DNA of 64,000 nt from an uncultured candidate division Zixibacteria bacterium (lineage in GTDB: Bacteria; Zixibacteria; MSB-5A5; RBG-16-43-9), in the NCBI GenBank assembly GCA_963713865.1, contig OY970208.1, positions 2,400,001 through 2,464,000 on the forward strand. The letters are read 5' to 3'. Under the pieces are notes generated by a model. That model saw only the letters and a list, made by a program, of their open reading frames with translations, searched no databases and had not been told where the DNA came from. Position numbers and translations under genes: made by a program. How positions within the stretch are numbered: position 1 is the first letter of the stretch; every line of letters starts with the position of its first letter. Shown piece after piece: positions 10,798 to 19,971 of the stretch.

Positions 10798-10826
10798 AGA
10801 ATAGCAAACAATACTTAAACTGTCAA
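10798..10826 (-). promoter_or_regulatory. Sigma-70-type promoter for the cytochrome-porin operon
   Basis: TTGACA-17 bp-TATTCT on the minus strand. Confidence 0.6.
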
Positions 10827-10879
10827 GAAAAATTATAATATCAGATGGATTTTTCTTGCAACCGTTTTTGAAATTTAAC

Positions 10880-10908
10880 TTGACAAAAATAATCTTACAT
10901 TGTATAAT
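10880..10908 (+). promoter_or_regulatory. Perfect consensus sigma-70 promoter
   Basis: TTGACA-17 bp-TATAAT upstream of the dockerin gene. Confidence 0.8.
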
Positions 10909-11006
10909 AAATCGAAGCCTTTGTATTAACCTGAAAATTTATTGTTGTAATTCTTAACCTGATCTTACAAAAATTTTTGAGAAAAAATGATGAACAGGAG
11001 GTTCCT

Positions 11007-11768
11007 ATGAAAAGAGTGAGGTTGATTTTCTTTTTTGTTTTAATTTCCTGGTTAATCTTTTCATTCTCCATAACTTATGCCCAACAACATCCGAATGATC
11101 CAGGTGGTCCGGATTCGGTTTTTTTCACTCCAAATGACCCGGCTGAGCTTTATTATCCTCTCCCCAGCGGACCCGGTCTGGGATTTATCCATATCTTTTT
11201 TACCAATGATGACTCAGTATCTGGGATTTCAGCTCCTTTTATCTTCTCCGGACCTGTGACTTATGATTCGGTCTCTTTTAGAGATAGTCGGATCCAATAT
11301 CTGTTATATAAGACCGTAAATGAGGACCTGATTAGCCAGAAAAAGATTTTACTCGGTGCCATCCCGGTAGAGGAGGACATAATCGGTCCGGGAAGAGGCT
11401 ATTTAGCAACTTTATGTTTTTCAATAACTGGATATACAGACACAGTTAGAATCGACACCGTATTTTTCCCGCCAACTAACCATCTTACCTTCGTGACCTT
11501 GGAGCCTAAAGGATATACACCGATTTTCACTAAAGGGGTTTTCCCGGTAGTCCCTTTCTGGCCAGGAGATTCCAATCACGATATGATTGTGAATGTAACT
11601 GATGTGATCCATTTAATTAACTTTCTGTTTAAAGGTGGACCTCCTCCCTATCCAATAGCATCTGGTGATGTTAATGCTGATTGCACTGTAAATGTCACTG
11701 ATGTGATCTACCTGATAAATTACCTTTTCAAAGGCGGTCCTGCACCCCAGGCGGGTTGTATCTGGTAA
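11007..11768 (+). CDS. Secreted protein with putative cohesin-like domain and C-terminal dockerin
   Basis: ATG 11007 after GGAGG; signal peptide; duplicated GDxNxDxxVNVTDVIxLINxLFKGGP Ca-binding repeats; the cohesin call is from beta-rich sequence and is less certain. Confidence 0.8.
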   Translation: MKRVRLIFFFVLISWLIFSFSITYAQQHPNDPGGPDSVFFTPNDPAELYYPLPSGPGLGFIHIFFTNDDSVSGISAPFIFSGPVTYDSVSFRDSRIQYLLYKTVNEDLISQKKILLGAIPVEEDIIGPGRGYLATLCFSITGYTDTVRIDTVFFPPTNHLTFVTLEPKGYTPIFTKGVFPVVPFWPGDSNHDMIVNVTDVIHLINFLFKGGPPPYPIASGDVNADCTVNVTDVIYLINYLFKGGPAPQAGCIW

Positions 11769-11786
11769 AAAGATTTTAATAGAAAA

Positions 11787-11822
11787 TAAAAAAGGCATCT
11801 ATTCTTGAGGATGCCTTTTTTG
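11787..11822 (+). terminator. Intrinsic terminator, probably bidirectional
   Basis: AAAAAAGGCATC-loop-GATGCCTTTTTT. Confidence 0.8.
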
Positions 11823-11972
11823 TTTTTGGAAAAAATGTATGGAGTGTATTGCAACAAAGATTTCTATTTATGTAGGAAAACGTTGGGCATAAAACCCGGC
11901 GCTACAATTTTCTTAAACCTTTAATCTTTTCTTCTTATCCCCTCTCTACTGTATGCTGTCTACTGTCTACTT

Positions 11973-12446
11973 TTACTTATGATATTTTCTCCCCTCAATA
12001 ATCGAGAAAGCCCTATAAACCTGCTCCAAAAGAATCAATCTCACCAGTTGATGGGGAAAAGTCATCCTGGACAGTGAGAGCTTGAAATCTGCAGAATTTA
12101 CAACCTCTGGAGATAATCCCAGGGTTCCTCCAGTTATGAAAATAAAATCATTATACCCCTGATTCATCTTCTCTTTAAAAAGTTTAGCCAGTTCTTCAGT
12201 GGAAAGCATCTTTCCTTTTTGATCTAAAATTAAGGAATAGTTTTTCTTATCCAGACATTTCAAAACCCTTTCCCCCTCTTTTTCTAAAACTATCTTTTCA
12301 GAAGAGTGTTCAGTAATCTTCTCATCCTTTATATTAATAAATTCCAGGTTCCCAAATTTACCCAGCATTTTTTGATAATGCTCTAATCCCTCAGCAATCC
12401 AGGACTCTTTAGTTTTACCTATAAATATGAATTTTAGCTTAACCAT
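11973..12446 (-). CDS. rlmH: 23S rRNA (pseudouridine1915-N3)-methyltransferase
   Basis: LSLSRMTFPHQLVRLILLEQVYRAFSI..GRKYHK. Confidence 0.96.
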   Translation of the reverse strand: MVKLKFIFIGKTKESWIAEGLEHYQKMLGKFGNLEFINIKDEKITEHSSEKIVLEKEGERVLKCLDKKNYSLILDQKGKMLSTEELAKLFKEKMNQGYNDFIFITGGTLGLSPEVVNSADFKLSLSRMTFPHQLVRLILLEQVYRAFSIIEGRKYHK

Positions 12447-12460
12447 TTATGTTTAAAATT

Positions 12461-12550
12461 AGAGATACTTCGTCCCGCCAAAGGCGGGACTCAGTATGAC
12501 ATACCAAGAAAAATGTCATTCTGAGACCCCGTAGAAGGTCGAAGAATCTC
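12461..12550. repeat. Inverted pair of GAGATxCTTCG..CTCAGxATGAC repeats
   Basis: 12461-12500 and reverse copy 12515-12550; the second overlaps the 3' end of the SRPBCC gene. Confidence 0.7.
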
Positions 12551-12980
12551 TCAGTCCTTCCAATCTTTTCTTTATCTGCTCGGCAAAATACTTCAATTGA
12601 TTCTTAATTTGTAAAGCTGCGGCAGGATTGATTATTACAGACATCGGTCCCAGTCCTGAAACTTCTAATTCAATTTTTACCTTAGTCTTTTTCTTCTCCA
12701 CACTTTCTAAATCGAATCTACCACCCCACTGTATGTATTCGCCTTTAGCGATCCAGGAAAGTGATTTACTCTTTACTTTATTCACATATTCCGGTTTCAA
12801 AACCGGAGTCCGGGTAGTTATTGACATAGGAGATTTTACCTTCCAGATATAAGATCCAGCAGACTTCTCTATTTCATTGACAAATCTCAAACAGAAACCA
12901 ATATTTTTCAAGTCATAGATAAATCCCCAGACAGAAGCTATTGGAAGATTAATACAAATCTCTAATGACGCCTCAGGCAT
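12516..12980 (-). CDS. SRPBCC/CoxG-like START-fold protein
   Basis: Size, INLPIASVWGFIYDL N-terminus and C-terminal helix typical of the fold. Confidence 0.65.
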   Translation of the reverse strand: MPEASLEICINLPIASVWGFIYDLKNIGFCLRFVNEIEKSAGSYIWKVKSPMSITTRTPVLKPEYVNKVKSKSLSWIAKGEYIQWGGRFDLESVEKKKTKVKIELEVSGLGPMSVIINPAAALQIKNQLKYFAEQIKKRLEGLRDSSTFYGVSE

Positions 12981-14088
12981 AACTGAGCTCTTTTAAGCCC
13001 CTGGGGAATTTTGTCAGCATCTCAATCCCATCCTCTTTTACCAGAACCGTATCCTCAACCCTGGCTCCGCCTATGTGAGGGACTGACAAGACCGAATGAC
13101 CTACAGCTAAGGTCATATTAGAGCAGACCTCCTCCATTATGTCTTCAGCAAAAATTGTGGGAAAAGGAAGCTCCTCGAAATTTAATCCCAGACCATGAAC
13201 AAATCCTCTGATGTAATATTCCCCGAACCCGGCTTTATTGGCTATCTGGTAGGATTTCTCCTCTAATTCAAACAGCTTTACCCCTGGCTTTATCGCCTCC
13301 ATCACTGCTAACTGCATCTGAGAGTAAATCGAATGAAGCTGTTTCTGTTTATCCGTGACTCTACCCAATACGAAAGTTCTGCAGATATCTCCGCAATACC
13401 CTTTGTAAACCGGACCTAAATCTATCAGGATAAAATCTCCTCTCTCGATCTTTTTCTCTGTGGCGGTGCCGTGTATCCACAAAGAGCGGTATCCGGAGTT
13501 TACGAATATCGGGAAAGCGATCCTGTCTGCTCCTGCTTTCCTCATCTGAAATTCCACTTCAAAAGCGATCTCCATCTCCTTTATCCCCTCGCGGATCATT
13601 TTCATTGCCAGCTCCATCCCGGAATCTGCAATCTGGCAGGCTTTTCTGATACACTCGATCTCAGTCTCGCTTTTCCTTTTCCTGAGCTCTCCCAAAACCG
13701 GTTTGGCATCTAAAACCTCTACCTGAGGATTTGCCATCTTGAACCTATCTAAAAGAAAAGCCGGTGTGGCAAACTCCATTTCCACCCCGACTCTGGGATG
13801 TTCGATCCCCAGAGAGCTGAGATATTCGATAATCCTTAACATCATCTCATGTAGAGCCCGGTAGGTTTTGATATTATGTATCCAATTAGTCTTCTTTACC
13901 TCTTCTAATTCGGAAGCGAAGACCATCAGAGTCGGCTCCCCTTGTTTGGGAATTAAAATCCGGGGAGGTTTTCTTAAATCCCCGGTAAAATAAAAGAAAT
14001 TCTCTGGGCTTAAGATCAGAAGAACATCCATTCCAGTTTTCTGCATAAGCTCCTGGGCTTTCCTCACCCTTTCTTTATAAACCTCCAT
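12973..14088 (-). CDS. Xaa-Pro aminopeptidase/dipeptidase, M24 family
   Basis: Creatinase-like N-domain; IDLG..YKGYCGDICRT, HGLG, GGARVEDTVLV. Confidence 0.9.
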   Translation of the reverse strand: MEVYKERVRKAQELMQKTGMDVLLILSPENFFYFTGDLRKPPRILIPKQGEPTLMVFASELEEVKKTNWIHNIKTYRALHEMMLRIIEYLSSLGIEHPRVGVEMEFATPAFLLDRFKMANPQVEVLDAKPVLGELRKRKSETEIECIRKACQIADSGMELAMKMIREGIKEMEIAFEVEFQMRKAGADRIAFPIFVNSGYRSLWIHGTATEKKIERGDFILIDLGPVYKGYCGDICRTFVLGRVTDKQKQLHSIYSQMQLAVMEAIKPGVKLFELEEKSYQIANKAGFGEYYIRGFVHGLGLNFEELPFPTIFAEDIMEEVCSNMTLAVGHSVLSVPHIGGARVEDTVLVKEDGIEMLTKFPRGLKELSYA

Positions 14089-14119
14089 ATTTCCTCCTTT
14101 ACTTCATACTGACCGGCAA

Positions 14120-14519
14120 TCAACCTCCTATGATTTTCACATAAACTTTTCTGCTCCTCGGTCCATCGAACTCGCAGAAATAAACCCCCTGCCAGGTTCC
14201 CAAAACTAATCTTTTCTCCTCGAAAAAAATATTCTGCGAAAAACCTGCCAGGCTTGCTTTTATATGAGCCGCTGCATTCCCTTCGAGATGAGAAATAATT
14301 ATCCTCAAACGGTATGATTTTATTCAGCTCTTTGATAATATCTTTTCTCACGCTCGGGTCCGCATTCTCGTTTATAGTTATCCCGGCTGTAGTATGAGGA
14401 ACATACACACAACATAAACCAGATTTTATCCCGCTTTTTGCGACAACCTCCTGAACCAAATCGGTTATATCCACCAATTCTACCCGGGATGAGGTCCTCA
14501 GGCTCAATTCTTTGATCAT
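14120..14519 (-). pseudogene. yjbQ: YjbQ (UPF0047) family gene split by a 1-nt insertion; real lesion or assembly error
   Basis: N-half PHTTAGITINENADPSV and C-half [30 protein letters not shown] are in different frames; extra T near 14293. Confidence 0.85.
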
Positions 14520-15442
14520 AAAAACAAAGCCTCCACAAAACTTTTGGGATCAAACTCTTCTAAGTCGTCTATTTTTTCACCAATACCTATATACCTGACC
14601 GGAATTTTAAGCTCGTTGGCAATGGCAATCACTATCCCTCCTTTGGCAGTCCCATCTAATTTTGCCAGAATAATCCCGCTAAGACCTACTCCCTGATCGA
14701 ACATCATAGCCTGGGATATTCCATTCTGCCCGGTAGTTGCATCTAACACCAGAAAAACTTCCTGAGGCGCACCTTCTAAACTTTTACCCATTACCCTTTT
14801 TATCTTTTTCAGCTCTTCCATCAGATTGTATTTGGTATGGAGTCTCCCGGCTGTATCTACTATGACTACATCTGTATCTCTGGACAATGCTGATTTAACC
14901 GCATCAAAAGCCACTGAAGCTGGGTCCTGATTAGGCTGACTTTTAATAATCTCCACCCCTGCCCTTTGAGCCCAGATAGAGAGCTGTTCTAAAGCCGCTG
15001 CTCTGAAGGTATCACAAGCCACAACCAAAACTTTTTTTCCCATATCCGAATATTTCTTTGCCAGCTTAGCAATAGAAGTAGTCTTACCAGTTCCATTCAC
15101 CCCTACTATCATAATTATCAAAGGCTTAGCGTCTGGACATGAAGTATTAGTTGAAATAATGGAACCTTCCAAAATTACAAGAATTTCTTCTTTTATTAGC
15201 TCTATAATCTTTTGAGGGTCCTCAATTTTTTCTTCCTTAACTCTGTTTTTTAAATCCTGAATAATCTTCTCGGTAGCTTTAACACCAACGTCACCTTTTA
15301 AAAGAATTTCTTCAAGTTGGTCTAAAAGCTCCTGGTCAATTTTTTTTGAGAGCCCGACCGCTTCCGTTATCTTCCCTAATAAGCTCTTTTTGGTCTTACT
15401 TAACCCCTGTTTTAACTTCTCGATTGAAAATTTAAAAGACAT
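14516..15442 (-). CDS. ftsY: Signal recognition particle receptor FtsY
   Basis: GVNGTGKTT, DTFRAAA, DTAGR, KLDGTAKGG. Confidence 0.97.
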   Translation of the reverse strand: MSFKFSIEKLKQGLSKTKKSLLGKITEAVGLSKKIDQELLDQLEEILLKGDVGVKATEKIIQDLKNRVKEEKIEDPQKIIELIKEEILVILEGSIISTNTSCPDAKPLIIMIVGVNGTGKTTSIAKLAKKYSDMGKKVLVVACDTFRAAALEQLSIWAQRAGVEIIKSQPNQDPASVAFDAVKSALSRDTDVVIVDTAGRLHTKYNLMEELKKIKRVMGKSLEGAPQEVFLVLDATTGQNGISQAMMFDQGVGLSGIILAKLDGTAKGGIVIAIANELKIPVRYIGIGEKIDDLEEFDPKSFVEALFL

Positions 15443-15444
15443 TT

Positions 15445-15831
15445 TTATTTGATTTTCTCTCTGATATAAGTAATTAAAGATTTAGCCTGATGAAGTGAAT
15501 CCGTAATCTCATTCCTGGAATATTCTAACTGGTAACCCACCGGATAACGACTATCCACATAATATTCGGTGATCTTATTAACTGAATCAATAAATTCTTC
15601 AAATCGTTTATCTATTAAGATGGCTTTGGCTAATAGCTTTCTTAAATCGTGAATCTTCTCTAATTTCCATCCTTTATTAATTAAAAATCCCTTCAGGTAT
15701 TTCTCCAGGGCCTGCTGAATATGAAAAGCCACATTCTCTAAAGCTCGGTCGTTCGTTAACAGAAACTCGGCATCTTCCAAATCTTTCTTCCCCCTATCCA
15801 TCCACTCCTGTACCAGTTTCCTTTTAGCCAT
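15445..15831 (-). CDS. HEPN domain protein (HEPN-MNT toxin-antitoxin module)
   Basis: FHIQQALEKYLKG, KIHDL, RYP; overlaps the MNT gene. Confidence 0.85.
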   Translation of the reverse strand: MAKRKLVQEWMDRGKKDLEDAEFLLTNDRALENVAFHIQQALEKYLKGFLINKGWKLEKIHDLRKLLAKAILIDKRFEEFIDSVNKITEYYVDSRYPVGYQLEYSRNEITDSLHQAKSLITYIREKIK

Positions 15832-16153
15832 AGAGAACCTTCCCCTTTTTAAGAACAGTCCCTATAAAATCGTCTCCCATTTTTAATCTCGTTTGAATCT
15901 CCTTTGGTGTATAGACTAAAAGTGAAATGGCTACCTGACAGTTTTCCTTTTCAACGATATTCCTGATTCTTATGCGTCTGTCAATGGGACGGTCATCCGT
16001 TTTTTTGACAATCAGCAAATCTACATCGCTGTGTCTGGTAGGTTTACCATAAGCGTATGAACCAAAAAGGATGATTTTTTCAGGCTTATATTCTCTCTTT
16101 ATTTTCTCAGCCATAGCCGAGATTAATTTCTTTATGTGGTTATTTCTTTTCAT
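15824..16153 (-). CDS. Minimal nucleotidyltransferase (MNT)
   Basis: ILFGSYAYG....SDVDLLIV (GSx10DxD). Confidence 0.88.
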   Translation of the reverse strand: MKRNNHIKKLISAMAEKIKREYKPEKIILFGSYAYGKPTRHSDVDLLIVKKTDDRPIDRRIRIRNIVEKENCQVAISLLVYTPKEIQTRLKMGDDFIGTVLKKGKVLYG

Positions 16154-16371
16154 TTTTTCTCCAGTACTTCTCAGGGCTGATTGGTTCTATCATGAAGAAG
16201 TCAGATATTATCCATCGGGGTAGGGATTCCCACAACTACTATAATTTCACCATCATTGCGATGAGTCTTCCCGCATTCTGCGGGACAACAAAGCAATCCT
16301 TCTCATTCAGCGTTGATGGATTGCTTCGTTCCGCCAAAGGCGGAACTCGCAATGACTGGTAATCTTCTCTC

Positions 16372-19300
16372 TCAAACTTTTTCCGCTACCACCTCTTCTG
16401 GATTGAGTTTCACTGATACCATTTTTGACACACCCAATTTTTCCATAGTAACCCCATAAAGCACATCTGCTGATTCCATAGTCATTTTGTTATGGGTTAT
16501 GATAATGAACTGTGTCTTCTGGCTGAAATTCTTAATCAATTTTATGAAACGAGCTAAATTAGCATCGTCTAAGGGCGCATCCACCTCATCCAGGATACAG
16601 AAAGGACTGGGTTTCACTAAATAAAGTGCAAAAAGTAAAGATAAAGCGGTTAAAGCCTTCTCTCCTCCGGAGAGCTGATTAATATTTATTAGTTTTTTAC
16701 CCAGAGGACGGGCTGAGATCTCTATGGGTGATTCCAGAGGGTCCATACCCTCTACCAGATTTAATTCTGTCTCTCCCCCTTCAAATAGCTGCCCAAATAC
16801 TTGCTGGAAATTCGTCTTTACTTTCTGGAAAGTTTCTAAAAAAAGCTCGGTGGCGGTTTGATTTATCTTATCTATAGTAGATGCTAAGTTCCCTTTAGCC
16901 TCAACCAAATCCTGCATCTGCTTTTGCAGAAAATCGAACCTTTCTTTCTGCTGCTGATACTCCTCCGAAGCCAAAAGATTGACCGCTCCTAAAAGCTTAA
17001 GCTTCTCTTTTAATTCAGAGATTTTCTGGGGATAGCTTTCTATCTCCTTTTTTTCTTCATCTCTCAGATCTTCTATTATCTCTAAGTTTTTTTCTTGCTC
17101 CTCCCAGATTTTCTTTTTCAGGTTATCCCGGTTAGTATAAACCTCTAATTTCTCCATCTCTAATTTATGCCAGCTTTCCTGCAGTTCATCTTTTTTCTTT
17201 CTTTGAGCTTTCAGATCCTCTTCGAATGAAAGGAGTTGTGGCTGAATCTGTTCTAATTCCTGTTTACAACTATCTTCTAAGTTCTCCTTTTCCTTTTTCT
17301 CCTCCACTTTTTTCTCTAATAACCCCTGGTGTTCAGATATCTTGTTACCAAGCTCTTCCATCCCTGAAATTAATGCATCGAGCTCCTTTTGCTTCGATTC
17401 CTCGCTTGACTTCAGATCAGATAATAGCTCTTTGAGCCTTTCTTTTTCATTTCTCAACTGCTCTTCTTTTCCCTGGAGACTAACCAGTTCTATCCTCAGT
17501 TCATTCAAATTGGAATAGACATTATCCCTTTCTCTCTCAACTTTTTCTAACTCTTTGGCCAGTTCCATATACTCCTGCTCTAATATTTTTTTCTTCTCCT
17601 GTAATTCGCCTGAGCTTAAAACCCCTTCCTTTTCTTTTAAAAGCACAATTGCCTGATTCAGCTCCTCTTTCTTCTGTTTTAAAATCTGCTGTCTCCGGAC
17701 CAGTCCTTTTCGGTTCTCCTCTTGCCGGGCAATATCTAATTCCAGCTCGTTGTACTTAACCTTCTCCTCTTCGATCTTTTTATCTAAATCCAGAAGCGAA
17801 GATTGTATCTCTGTTTTTCCCTTTTCCTCCAACTCTATCTTTTTATTCAGTCCAGCTAATTCATTCTCCAGGGAAGAAAGTCTCTCCGCAAGTTTCTGTA
17901 ACTCCTCTTCTCTACCAATTAAAAATAGCTCCTTCTCTGACCCGCCTTCCAATACTTTGCCCTCTCTGATTATCTGGCCATCCAGAGTTACTACTCCATA
18001 TCCCGGACCTAACTTCGAGCTCAGTTCGATTCCATCTGGCAATGTATCAACCAGGATTACCTTTCCTAAAAGGAAATCTATTACTGGACGATGCCCCTCT
18101 TCACATTTGACAAAATCTCTAACCCATCCCTTTACCCCAATTCCATCCAGTTCCATTTTCTCAGGAATAAATTTTAACTCTTTAAATCTGTCCAGGACAA
18201 TAAAGGTAGCTCTCCCTTTTTTCTCCTTTCTTAAGAATTCAATCCCCTTCTGGGCGGAGTTGAAATCTTCCGAAAGGATATACTGGGCCGACTCACCTAA
18301 GGCTGACTCTATGGCGGTTAGATATTCTTTCTCTGTAGTTATAAGATTAGCTACTGGAGCAATCAATCCGGGAAATACCTCCTTTTGACCTAAAACCGCC
18401 TTTACTCCCGCCTGATACCCCTCATAATGCTGGATCATATCCCGGAACAGTTCAAATTTTGCTTTAAGGGAACTTTCCTCTTTCTCTTTCTCTATTCTTT
18501 TTTCAACCAAACTCTCCAAACTTATCCGGGTCTCCTCTGACTTCTTCTGAAGAGCCACCTTTTCTTTTGCTTTGTCTTCTAAGGAATTATTACAGGAAAG
18601 TACCGAGTTCTGTAAAACTTCTTTTCCCTTCTCAATTTTCTCTAAATCCCTGAGCAGATTTTCCTCTTCCTCAGATACCAAACTACTATTTCTTTCCAGT
18701 TCATCTAACTGCATTTTAAGATTTTGTTCTTCCAGCTCTGCTTGATGTACCATCTCACCTGCATCTGAAAGCTGAGTGTCACTTGAGGCTACTTTTTCTT
18801 TGAATTCCTTCAATCTAACCTCTATGGCTTTCAGTCCCTCTTCGGTTTTCAGGTGTTCTTTTTCTTTGGAGCTTATCTTTTCTAAAACCTCTTTTATCTT
18901 TTCCTCTTTACCCTCTATCTCCTGTACCATCAAATCTCTGCGAGAAAGATTTTCCCCTATCTCCTTTATTAATTTCTCCTTATCCTGTTCTAAATTGAGC
19001 TTCCTCTCATTTAGTAAAACGCTCTCCTTTTCTAATCTATGTACTTCTTCAAGACAATTATCTAATTCCTGTTTATAGGAAAAGAATTTTTTCTCAACTT
19101 GAGTTAACTCCAATCTCAGATTTTCATTTTTTAATTCCAGCTCTGCTAATTTTGCCTGCTGAGTTACCCGCTCCTGTCCCAATTCAGAGAGCCTGACTTC
19201 AAGCCCCACTTCCCTTTCTCTCAGAAGCTCATACTGATTTTTACTCAACCTGAGCTCTAAATCTTTCAATTCCTGGGATAATCTTTTAAACCGTTCAGAT

Positions 19301-19932
19301 TTCCTAACCTGTCTTTTCAGAGAATTAACCTGTTTTTCAATTTCTGCAACCAGATCTTTTAAACGTAAAAGATCGTTTTCCGTGCTCTCTAATTTCCTTA
19401 ATGCTTCTTTTTTCCGGTGTTTATATTTGGAGATGCCGCTTGCCTCCTCGAACAAAAATCTTCGATCTTCAGTCTTGTTCGATAAGATCGATTCAACCAT
19501 CTCTGGCTGGATCACCGAATAGGCATGAGCTCCCATCCCGGTATCTAAGAAAAGATCGATGATATCTTTTAAGCGGCAGATTTTTTTGTTCAAAAGATAC
19601 TCGCTTTCACCTGAACGGAATAAACGACGGGTGATATATACCTCCTGATATTCAGTAGGCAGGATCCCCAGGTTATTCTGAATTACCAGAGATACCTCTG
19701 CCATCCCTAAAGGTTTCAGCTCTTTTGTGCCGTTGAAGATCACCTCTTCCATTCTCTCCCCTCTTAAAAGAGAGGTTCTCTGCTCTCCCAAAACCCAGCG
19801 GATGGCATCTAAGATATTTGTTTTACCGCAGCCATTCGGACCCACTACGGCCGTAATCCCCTCGTCAAAAAATAGTTCAGTTTTATAGGGAAAAGATTTG
19901 AACCCTAAGATCTCTAACTTGGATAAATACAA
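16372..19932 (-). CDS. smc: Chromosome segregation protein SMC
   Basis: GPNGCGKTN Walker A, coiled coils, hinge GRATF, LSGGEK and LDEVDAPLD. Confidence 0.97.
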   Translation of the reverse strand: MYLSKLEILGFKSFPYKTELFFDEGITAVVGPNGCGKTNILDAIRWVLGEQRTSLLRGERMEEVIFNGTKELKPLGMAEVSLVIQNNLGILPTEYQEVYITRRLFRSGESEYLLNKKICRLKDIIDLFLDTGMGAHAYSVIQPEMVESILSNKTEDRRFLFEEASGISKYKHRKKEALRKLESTENDLLRLKDLVAEIEKQVNSLKRQVRKSERFKRLSQELKDLELRLSKNQYELLREREVGLEVRLSELGQERVTQQAKLAELELKNENLRLELTQVEKKFFSYKQELDNCLEEVHRLEKESVLLNERKLNLEQDKEKLIKEIGENLSRRDLMVQEIEGKEEKIKEVLEKISSKEKEHLKTEEGLKAIEVRLKEFKEKVASSDTQLSDAGEMVHQAELEEQNLKMQLDELERNSSLVSEEEENLLRDLEKIEKGKEVLQNSVLSCNNSLEDKAKEKVALQKKSEETRISLESLVEKRIEKEKEESSLKAKFELFRDMIQHYEGYQAGVKAVLGQKEVFPGLIAPVANLITTEKEYLTAIESALGESAQYILSEDFNSAQKGIEFLRKEKKGRATFIVLDRFKELKFIPEKMELDGIGVKGWVRDFVKCEEGHRPVIDFLLGKVILVDTLPDGIELSSKLGPGYGVVTLDGQIIREGKVLEGGSEKELFLIGREEELQKLAERLSSLENELAGLNKKIELEEKGKTEIQSSLLDLDKKIEEEKVKYNELELDIARQEENRKGLVRRQQILKQKKEELNQAIVLLKEKEGVLSSGELQEKKKILEQEYMELAKELEKVERERDNVYSNLNELRIELVSLQGKEEQLRNEKERLKELLSDLKSSEESKQKELDALISGMEELGNKISEHQGLLEKKVEEKKEKENLEDSCKQELEQIQPQLLSFEEDLKAQRKKKDELQESWHKLEMEKLEVYTNRDNLKKKIWEEQEKNLEIIEDLRDEEKKEIESYPQKISELKEKLKLLGAVNLLASEEYQQQKERFDFLQKQMQDLVEAKGNLASTIDKINQTATELFLETFQKVKTNFQQVFGQLFEGGETELNLVEGMDPLESPIEISARPLGKKLININQLSGGEKALTALSLLFALYLVKPSPFCILDEVDAPLDDANLARFIKLIKNFSQKTQFIIITHNKMTMESADVLYGVTMEKLGVSKMVSVKLNPEEVVAEKV

Positions 19933-19971
19933 TTAAACCTCCTCTCCTGGTTCCTGTTTCTCGGAAAGTTT

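Noticed and set aside
17750-18388. Long antisense ORFs within smc, dnaK, pckG and the HEAT genes
   Set aside because: Ser/Phe/Leu-rich mirror translations of Glu/Lys-rich sense genes
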